Shown here: in pieces, positions 41,532 through 51,117 of the stretch
How the letters are laid out: every line of letters begins with the position of its first letter
Numbering within the stretch: position 1 is the stretch's first letter
Source: Vicugna vicugna
Taxonomy: Eukaryota
Length of the DNA: 64,000 nt
NCBI GenBank assembly: GCA_013265495.1
Contig: MU058714.1
Coordinates: 620,001-684,000, forward strand
Reading direction: 5' to 3'
Translations under genes and position numbers: made by a program
The notes under the pieces: generated by a model
Databases searched by the model: none
What the model saw: only the letters and a program-made list of their open reading frames with translations
What the model was told of the DNA's origin: nothing

Positions 41532-42237
41532 CTGGGCCTCCGACGGGCGCGGGCAGAGGGCCTCACGGAAGGTTCTTGTCACTGTGATGCCGGATGCCGC
41601 CTTACAGATGGACCTGAGACACTTGAGCAGGTGACCCGGAGGAGGGGAAGGGAACTGGGGATCCACAGGTGGGATTCCTCCCTTCCCCTGGGGTGACTGA
41701 TAAAGGACCTCCCTTCTGCTGTTCCCTGTGTGTGAACGCGTTTTTGAAGAGTGGTTTGGAGAATGGCAGATCACGTGAGAAAGGGAAGGGCAGGGATTTC
41801 AGCCTGGTCTGGGAGAGGAGCCCTCTCGCCCCATCGCCCTCCGGATTCCGGGGGAAGGTGGGGTAAGCGGGCACCTCGCAGCTGGGTGCCCTTCCTGATG
41901 GCGGCGGCTGTGCTGTTGCTGGGAGGAAAACCGAGGTTTGCCAAACGATTTGAAGTATTAAAAATAACTTTGCTGTTTGTGTTTTCTAAAATTTAAAAAA
42001 AGTGATAGCTTTGGTGTTTTTGTAAAATTCATAAATGCTTATTGTAAAACCTACAGGACACCATCCCCCCTCCCCCTTCCACTCCGGCGATAGATCCAGA
42101 CCCCCCCCAGGACACGCACACGTGTGTACGTGAGCACGTGGGTGTGTGTTTGCAGTCGTGTAAGTGGGACCATTCCATCCATGGTGCTCTGTGACGCACA
42201 TTTTCACGCGGGCATTGCTGTGAATTATCGTTGTGCT

Positions 42238-42243
42238 AATAAA
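42238..42243 (+). terminator. SLC26A11 polyadenylation signal AATAAA
   Basis: AATAAA followed by GT/T-rich downstream element; weaker proximal ATTAAA at 41957-41962. Confidence 0.7.
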
Positions 42244-43571
42244 CAGAGAATATGTGGTTATCAGTGGCCACGTGGTGTTTTATTCTCTCTGTGCTTCGCA
42301 GTTTACTTAGCGAGCCCACCCCACGCGGACTTGCCTGTTTTAAGTTTCATTTCGTCGTCATCAGGGGTAAGTCCCAGCCGAGGAAGTCTGGGCTCCTGGA
42401 CTTCCTTTGAGGAAGAACTTGCTGTGCAGACAGTCTTAGAGCAGGGCCCCCTGCTGGCTCCTGGGCAGACCTGGCCGGGGTCTGGGCCCGCCCTCGAGAC
42501 AGCCCAAGTCTTTTCAGATTTCTTGTCCTCCGTCTTCTGGGGTTTCTCCTTCCAGGCTCCTGACCAGCCACTGAAGCCGGTCACCCCCGGCCCCCTTATC
42601 TGCCTTTCCTTATTTAGGGCAGCGTGTCCCAAAGTTCTGCCCACCAGGCCACCCCTCCCCAGAGCTATGATGGAGGCGCGGTCCCTTTTTGGCCTGCGCC
42701 CGTGTGCTGAGCTTACCCATTCTGGAACCCGGAGGTGGTCCTGTTCACGGGGCTGGGCAGATCGGTACACTCGGGCAGGACCAGTGTTATGGAGAACCTA
42801 TCACCATCTGTGACTCGGCAGCTCCCTTCTCGGAAGCCACACCAGCAAAACACGAGCCTGTCTCCTGGGAAGCAGGCTCAAGGGTGTTTACCGCTACCTC
42901 GTTAGCGATCTTCGTAAAGGACAGCAACTCAAGTGTCTCTACTTGAGAGAGTCTTGACCATGGAACCCACAGACTGGATTGTCACGTGGCAGCTAAAGAA
43001 ACGAGACAGTATAGACACTAACATATTTTTGAGTTAAAAAAGCAGGTTGCAGCATGTTACCCACCTTAAGATACCATTTGTGTGGACACACCCACTAAAC
43101 GATTCTATGGTGCATGTGTGAAGGTTTTTAAAAGTTCTCGAAGGATAAACATCAAATTCGTAACTGTGATTAATTACGTCTTGGGTTGGTAGGAACCATA
43201 TCCGTTTGGGTTTAAATTTTCAAAGAACAATGCATGGATATATGCTTTAATTATAATAAAAAAATCAATTTTAAAAAGGAAAAGAGAGGTATGGAGAACT
43301 GCCTGGAAAGAATTTGGAATTTGACGTCAGAAGATGCAGGACTGGGTTCCAGCATTCTCTCCCGTCAGCCGGACAAGCCCCCTGAGCCTTGGTTTAGAAA
43401 CCGGGCACCCACGTGACTGCTGACGACACAGTCAGTTAAGCCCTTCCTCACCACCGGCTGGCGTGGTGCTTACAGCTGACCGATGGGGCACTGATGTCAC
43501 CGACACCATCAAGTTCCCCGCCTCCCCTGTAGTGAGTGTGGCTGTGTGACTGAGATCCAGTCAGTGGCGTC

Positions 43572-44020
43572 TGTTGTGGGTTGAATTTTGTCCTCCCCTC
43601 TGCCAAAATTCACGTCTTGAGTTCTAATCTTAAGGTCAGAACAGGACCTTATTTGGAAATAGGGTCATTGCCGGTGTAATTACTTAAGGTGAGTTCACAT
43701 TTGCAGTAGGAGGAGGCCTAATGCAACGTGGCTGTGTCCTTATAAAAAGGGGAGGTTTGGTACAGACACGCGTAACAGGGAGACCACCATGTGAACATAG
43801 GGCGGAGATGGGGGGATGCTTCTGCAAGCCAAGGAGCGCCAGCCATCACCAGCAAACCACCAGAAGCCAGCAGGCAGGCCTGGAGCAGGTTTCCCATCAC
43901 AGCCTCGGAAGGAACCTGCCGACACCTATTGATCTCAGACTTCAGTCCTCCAGAACCGTGAGGCAGCAGGTCTCTGCTGTTTAAGCTGCCCGGTCTGGGG
44001 CACTTGGCTGCAGCAGCCCT
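43572..44020 (+). mobile_element. MLT1-like LTR
   Basis: TGTTGTGGGTTGAATT...GACCTTATTTGGAAATAGGGTC...CTCAGACTTCAGTCCTCCAGAACCGTGAG. Confidence 0.75.
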
Positions 44021-44462
44021 GGCAGATTGCGTGGGGAGGGTGTGTGCCGCTTCCAAGCTGGCCAACAGAGCTTTCCATGCTCCCTCCTCTGAGTACCTGC
44101 CCCATTTCTGGCCGGCTGGCATGGAGATGATCTTCTGGGGGTTCTTGGGAGCCACAGGTTGTGAGTGGCAGAGTTACGGTCAGCCGGAGTGGAGGACGGC
44201 ACCTGCCGGCACCGGCCAGCACTGTTACATGGGCCAGTGGCAAGCTCTGAGTATCCACTTCTACGGCAGCTGGTGGAGCCCTGACTACACAGATGACGGC
44301 CATAGAGATAGTGCTGTCCGACAGAAACACAGCGTGAGCCCCTAGTGGAAGCCACGTGGTCACTTTAACATTTCAAGGAGCAGTATTAAAAAAGTAAAAA
44401 GAAACCGGTGAAATTAACGTACGTATGTATGTAACTGATTATATCCAAAATAAATATTTTCA

Positions 44463-44560
44463 GAGAGAGGGAAATAGCTTAGCGGTAAAATGCGTGCTTA
44501 GCACGCACGAGGTCCTGGGTTCAATCCCTAATTCCTCCATTAAAAATAAATATTTAAAAG
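44463..44560 (+). mobile_element. tRNA-derived SINE with 10-bp target-site duplication, nested in a MER33/MER3-like hAT relic (about 44305-44730)
   Basis: A box TAGCTTAGCGG, B box GGTTCAATCCC, A-rich tail, TSD AATATTTTCA at 44453-44462 and 44561-44570. Confidence 0.8.
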
Positions 44561-47500
44561 AATATTTTCAATAGGTGACATGTATAAAACTTATCAATGA
44601 AATATGTAACATTATTTTTGTCATACTAAATCCCGGTGTGAATTATACACGCACAGCACATCTCAACCTGGACCAACCACATGTGGAGTCTTCAATGCCA
44701 CCTGTGTCTCGGGGCTGCTGTGTCCGATGATGTGGGTTTAGAATGTACAAACCTAAAATGGTTGGGAAGGTACATGTTGTCTGGGGGCTGGGCGTGTGTT
44801 TTTCTCCACTGGAACTCGAGATAACTGCAAGAAATTCTGAAAGTCACGGCTGAGGAGGCAGCATGGTGTGGCGAGCTTGGAAGGAGCTGAACCTGAGTCC
44901 AGGTTTTTCTGATTTCTCAACGCGTGCCAGGCATGCACTCTTCCACTGAGCTGTATACCTTGCCTCCCGATCTCCTTCTTGGAAGCCTCATCCAGATACT
45001 TCTGGTGATAGGCCACCAAGGCTTTGGGATGGACCACATGACCACCACCTTCACTAGCACTTGGATGTCCACACCAGCAAATCACCCCTTGCCCAGAAGC
45101 CAAACGGATTCCTGTAGTTTGTATCACAGCGTGCACAGTTCAATCATCCCCAGGGCTCGCCCATCACCTTGATGAGGCCGTCACGTCACGCGAAGAGCAC
45201 CGCAGCTGTAGGCACCTTCCTGAGTCCGCAGACCTGCACCGACCGCGGAGGGTCCTTGGACGCCAGGGCTGCCAGTCTGGACAAAAGCTCCTCAGCGCAC
45301 ACGGCTGCAACCAGAAAAGGAAGAGTTTATATTCTTGACCCTTTGTGGCTGTGACCGCGACCTCATCTGGAAATAGGGTCTTTGCAGACATAATTAGGTA
45401 AGTTCAGATGATGTCATACTGGACTTGGGTGGTGTCCTCATAAGAACAGGAGACAGAGACATGCATGGTGGGAGGCGCCGTCTTGGGAGCCATGAAGTTG
45501 TTCCGTTCCGTTCTTCTCAATTCTGCCCCGCCTGCCTCCCTAATTGAGAAAGGAGCCATAGTCCTTCCTTACGGGCTGTTGTTCTGTCCGCAGTCCAAGG
45601 TGGGTGAACTCACTCTGTGCTGGCACAAGACTGAATGTTTGGTCCCCACTGTTTTAACATGGGGGCCATCTGACTCGGGTCAGCTTTTATTCCACAGCTT
45701 CCAAAGAGCACAATCCTGCCAAGAACATCCAGGCCCAGAGAGCTGGCCCCCGTTGGCTGAGCCTGACCCCAACTGAGCAGAGCCCCAAAGCCTGGTTAGT
45801 GAGCGACCTAAGCGTTGAGCTTCAGCCCTGCCTTTCTGTGGGGAAAGCAGAGCTGAAATGAAGGTCTGGAGGCGGGCTGTGGGGCAGATGCAGTCCACGC
45901 CGGGAACTCCAGGCCCCTCTTGCAGGCTCTGGAGTTAATGTGAGCCTTCTGCTCCGCCTGCCTGCTCACACAGGCCCTGCTTTGAGACGGCCGGCTGGAT
46001 GCGCCAGTCTGCAGCCGGGAGGTGGAGCCATGCTGCCTGGCGGGGGCTCAGCTGCGTCCCTGGGCCTCACACTTCCCTCACAGGGTCCCTTGTTCTGGCC
46101 TCTCACCACAATTACCCTCCCAGCCAAGCGTGCCTCAGAGAGCATCCTTCCTGCAGATGACTCCAGGATTACCAAGATAGGCAGCAAGGAGCAAGATGGG
46201 CCAAAATGCTGTTCTGTCCGAATCCATTCTACAGACGCTGGTGGTGGCAAGGACAGGACCAAGTACATGTTTAATGATCCAACACGCAGGGGACCAGGCG
46301 TGGTCTACTCCAGGCCTGCCAGGTGGGCAGTGGGCAGGGCTGCCTCCCCAGGGACTCCCTGCTGTGCTGCGCAGCTGACCTGGGGACTAGCGACCAGGCA
46401 GGTGTTCTCTAGGGCCCTTTGTGAACACCGGACTGGGCCAGGAAGAGAGGATGCCCACACTCAAGTGGCCGCATCTACAGCACCGTCTTTTTAGGGAGAT
46501 GGAAAGCTGGAGATGATGCCACTGAAACCTTCCATCAAGTCCCCTCCTCCATGCACCCGCCACCCCACCACCCTCCTCTGCCTAGTCCGTCTCTGTCTGC
46601 TCCGGGTTCAGCGCTGCAGCGTAAACTGCACCTACCACTCCCCTTGTATTTTGTCCTTTTCTGTCTTACTTTCCAAGTACGTTAGATCCTCTACGACGTT
46701 TATATATTATTTTATGCTAGACTATCATTTTTAAAAATTGTGTGCATGTTTCCATGCATATGTTTATTGCACTGATGCACGCCAGGGAAACGGAGGGGTT
46801 TTCTCTGTGAGTATTCACCTGGCTTTTCTCTCTTTGTCTTTTTTTTTTTAATTTTTAAAATTGAAGTGTAGTCAGTTTACAATATTGTGTCAGTTTCTGG
46901 CGTACAGCATAATGTTTCAGTCATACATGTACATACACATTCCTTTTCATATTCTTTGTCGTTGATGAACTCGGTTCTTTCGGTTGCTGACCATCTTTAC
47001 TGGTTTAGCTGGCATGCTGACAGGGCCACTTACAGCCAGGTTCTCGACACCTGGAGGTAGACAGTGTCAAGAACCTTTCTCTTCTTTGGAACACCTGGCA
47101 AAACAGGATGTCCACACTGACCACACCGCACACTGGTTTCTCCGCAAGTAGGAAGCCGAGGCCCCCTGTGGCAAGTGGGCTTCCTCTTCTGGGTGTTGAG
47201 TGTTAGAGTTTCAGTGTCACTCTGAAATCTACTCCTGGAAGCGCTTGCTACAGCCCCAGCTTCGGGCAGCTTGGCCAGACTGGACTGCACAGGGGAAGGC
47301 AGACTCGTCAGAGGAGGCGATCTGACAATGCAGCCGGATTGTTCCACAGTTTCTTGAACCACAAACTAAGCGGAAGGCAGGGCAGTGGCCCCCCACCCCT
47401 AGCCCGTCTCTAAAGCTGGATTTTTAAAATCTCTTTCCTGTTTCATGATTCCTCTAAGCAGTGGACAAGGATGCAGAGAAGAGGGTGGAGGGAAGATCCC

Positions 47501-48479
47501 CTGGGGCCATGAAAATGGCCTTAAAAATCCCAAAGTTGCCTCCGTTCAAGGGGTCTGGTCTCTCACTGGAAGAATTCTAATTCCTTAAGTTTGTGTTGGG
47601 TTTTACAACTAAAGTTGCTGCACCTGGAGGTCAGTGTGTTTTCTCAGGCCACGTGGTGTGTTCACTCTGACAGTGATGACCATTCTGCTGGCTCTGTAGT
47701 CACTCCTGGGCACTTTGGGGCTGGCCCAGGGTTCTGAGGTACATGGCAGCAAGGTCCACAGGTTCCCACTCTGCCAGGCACAGCCGAGCTCGGCTGGCAT
47801 CTCTCCAAACTCTCACGCTGCCTGAGCCCAGACAGAGATGCCGAGACTGAATGACAGGTAGAAGCCAGCCCGGCAAGGGGTAGGCAGCGCAGGAGGGGAG
47901 CCCCAGGAAGGACAGAGCTCGCTGTTCCCAGCCCAGAGGAAGGACAGCGTGACTGGAAGGTGTGGGAAAGGAGAGGGTGGGAGAGGTGGGTGGGAACCCA
48001 GTTAATCATGATGGCTGTCTCAACGGGCGTTTTGCAGCCCGTGGGCCTGCACTAGGCTCCCCACAAGCGCTCTCAGGCCCATGCTGGTTGGGAGGGGTGA
48101 GGACAGGGAGGAGTAAGACAGACCACATCCATCAGGCACTTTGCCTGGGGCCTGGATCACCGGTGTTCGCCCCAGTAGCAGCTCTCCAACAGCCCTAGGA
48201 GGCGGGACTATGAGCCTGACAGATGAGAAAACTGAAGATCAGAGGGAGGAGGTACAGAGGCAGGCTGGGGTGGTGGCTTCTAGGTTATCAGTTACCAACA
48301 GAGGGCGGTGTGGGGGCCGCTGGGGTCACTTAATCCACACAAGGCCTCGATGCGATGGGGCAGGTGACCTCCACTTTGCCCCCGAGTGGCCTGAATCTCG
48401 GCTGAGTGACCCAGCTCGTGTCCTCGGGGCTCCTCCGAGAGCCGACCCGCTCCCACAGAGGCAGAAGGCACCTCCCTGG

Positions 48480-49270
48480 AGGCGGGCGACTTGGCCGGGC
48501 TCCGGGTCCACCGGGGGGCGCCACTCGACGGGGAATTCCGGCCACACCCGCGCCAACCCCGCGGAGCCGGCAGATGCCGGAGGAGCCGGACCCAGGACTC
48601 GAGAAACGAAAGCGCGCAGGCCCGCGGCGGTGCGGGCGCCGGAGCCGCGCAGGTGCCAGCTGGCGGGCAGGGCGGGGACGCGCCGCTGCGGGGTCCGGGC
48701 GCAGGTCCGCTGGACGCGGGTCTCGGCGGGCGGAGTGCGGGTTTACAGGGAGGGATGCTGGGCCCCGTGAGTGTGGGGTGCAAGTGCCCGTGGGTCCGGG
48801 GTGCCCCGCGGGTCGGGCTGCGGGCCCCCCGGGTTCGAGGGTGTCTCCCGGGTCGGGGTGCGGGCCAGCGGGGCGGGGGTCCCGCGGGCCTGGGTCTGGG
48901 TGACGGCGGCTCGGCCCGCGGCTCTGCCCGGGAGCGGCGCCTGCGTCCTGATGCGCGCCGCCCGCCTGCCGGCCGCGCCGGCCCCGCCTTCCGCCCCTTC
49001 CTGCGGCGCCAAGTTTCGGTTTCCCCGGGGGTTCCTTGTCCAACCTCCGTGTCCAGCTCCGCTCTCCGGCTGCGCCCAGCAGGTGTGGGCGAGGGGCGGC
49101 GCGCTTTCTCAGCATCCCGGCGACATTCCCGGGGGCCCAGCCTCGGGCGCGGAATTCTCCCCGGCCGGGAAGAGCCCGGCGCAGGCTTTGAACCCCAGCC
49201 ACGCTGCCCGGGGAGCGGGCGCGCAGAGGCTGATAGCGGACGGGGACTGGCAGACCTGAGGGCCTGGGCC
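48480..49270 (+). promoter_or_regulatory. RNF213 CpG-island promoter with NF-kB, IRF/ISRE and CTCF-like motifs
   Basis: Very CpG-dense; CCACCGGGGGGCGC 48508-48521, GGGGAATTCC 48530-48539, GAGAAACGAAAG 48601-48612, AGTTTCGGTTTCC 49012-49024. Confidence 0.8.
48612..48652 (+). other. RNF213: Probable non-coding exon 1 of RNF213 (5' end approximate)
   Basis: CAG|GTGCCA donor at 48652/48653; resembles recalled human RNF213 5' UTR start; alternative donor at 48768. Confidence 0.45.
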
Positions 49271-51020
49271 TCTGTCTCGATGGAATCCTTCGCTGTCAGT
49301 AATTACAGCAACGGAAAAGTGATGTTGCGAAAGATACCCATATCTTTATTTCATAGTAACTTTTAGGAGAACAGCATTCACTGCCCACATCACTGCGCTT
49401 CCCGGAGTGCAGGGTTCTTCCGGCTTACCAGGGCTGCCCAAGGTCCCGAGCCCAAGGCCAGGCTGGCACCTCTCCGATAGTGGCCTGGAGAGCCACGAGT
49501 GGGGTGCGGCCCTAGGGAGGTGGAGGAGGGCTGAGGATAAGGGAGTGTGAGGACGGTGGGGGCCACCACCTGGTTTTCTTTGGTGGTGGTTTGGGGGATG
49601 TGGCTGGGAGAAAGGGAGAAGGGGAAAGTCAGGAAGCTGATTGAATAGAGAAGTGGTGGTGCTGGCCACTCAGCCTACCCTTAGACCCCTGGTGCCCAGG
49701 AGGAACAATAGGACACTTGAGTGAGGATTTCTGATCCCTACTGTGAGGTTCCTGGCCTGTGGGGAAGCAGAGGTTTGGAAGGAAGGACTACACCTTAGGA
49801 GAAGAGGGAGGCCTGGCCGGGGGAGTCACTGAGTCTGACTAAGAGTGTCCAGACCACAGTGGCAGTATTGCCCGAGGCCGATGGAAGAGAGGGGGCGGTG
49901 GGGGGCAGGGCCTGGAGAAGACCTCGCACGCTGACTGCTTTCGATGAGGCCCTGCAATGCTCCCCAGGAGGCCACTACCGGGGACACCAAGCTGGTGGTG
50001 GCAGACGGGCACCTATGCCTCAGATGAAGTGAGGAAGAGAGTGGGACGCAAGGGCCAGCAGCAGGGCTGGAGCAGGGAAGTGGCCACCCGGGGGCCCTTT
50101 GGGTACCCTCCCAGCAGACAGAGGCGGAGGAGCCAGCTCGCCACTGCTCAGGCAGAGTTCTTGGGACTGAAGGCAGCAGGAAAGGGAGGCAGGTGGATCT
50201 CTGTGTCCCGGGAGCCAAGATGGCTGTCTCCCCACTCTCACCATGGATGCACTGAACAGCCTCTGGAGGCTGGGTGGTCGTGGCCTGAGTCCTGGCCTTG
50301 GCATGGCCCTGACCTCGGTTTGCTGTCACCCCCACGGAGGGTGTCCTGAAGGGCTGGGTGGTCAATGAGGAAAGCATGGGTTTAGTAGGTGGCAGCCCCG
50401 TTGTTAGGAATCTTGAGCCCTGACTCCTAGCTGCCAGCCCTGCAGCCCTGGGCAGCCCCGTGCAGGCCGGTCCCTCTCGCAGGCTCTGACTCAGCCATTT
50501 GCTGCTAGCATTTCTGCAGAGGCACAGAGAGGCCGAGGCCCTTGCCCGGGGAACTTGGCAGGTACCTTCAGCCCATGTCTTATCTCAGGTGTTTGCACAA
50601 GCTGTGCCTCTGCCTGCCCCCCCCCCCCCCCCCACTCCCAGTCTCAGCTGGGCGGGACAGTTTTAGACTCACTGAGTGGCGGAGAGCTCAGGAGGCTGGC
50701 AGGGGGCGCCTGCCAGGGACAGCAGAAAAAGAAATGGGTGCTGGAGCCCCGCAGGGCTCAGACCAGGAGGATGTTGGAAGGGGAGGCCTTGGGATGAGGC
50801 AGGCTGTGAACACCTCTGAGGAGGCGATCAGCCTGGGTTTCAGTTGAGCAGGGAGAACTTCTGGGTCGCGGTAATTTCAGTTTCACAGAAAATGAAACTG
50901 AAGCAAAGCTATGGTCACATGACAGGAGGCTGTGTATAAAGCTGGCTGCTTCGGGACACTTGCTCTTGCTTCCAGATCTTCAGGAGCATGCCAGCCTCAG
51001 AGAGTCCCCTCCCTGGAGGC

Positions 51021-51117
51021 ATGGAATGTCGTAACTGCCGACATGTCTCCAAAGAGGAAGGTGCCAAGTTCTGCAGCCAATGTGGACACAAGCTGCTCCG
51101 TGTAGCCCCCGTACCAG
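51021..51117 (+). CDS. RNF213: RNF213 first coding exon (exon starts at 50889)
   Basis: ggcATGg Kozak, cag|gtaggg donor, acceptor tttcacag| at 50888. Confidence 0.88.

Noticed and set aside
44467..44545. tRNA-Ala-like sequence with A and B boxes
   Set aside because: Has an A-rich tail, a target-site duplication and diverged paralogues in the window, so it is a SINE rather than a tRNA gene
48141..49366. Several 160-290 aa ORFs on both strands
   Set aside because: Stop-codon depletion in the RNF213 CpG island; Arg/Gly/Pro/Ala low complexity
50617..50633. C17 homopolymer (G-quadruplex potential)
   Set aside because: Simple mononucleotide run with no other evidence of function
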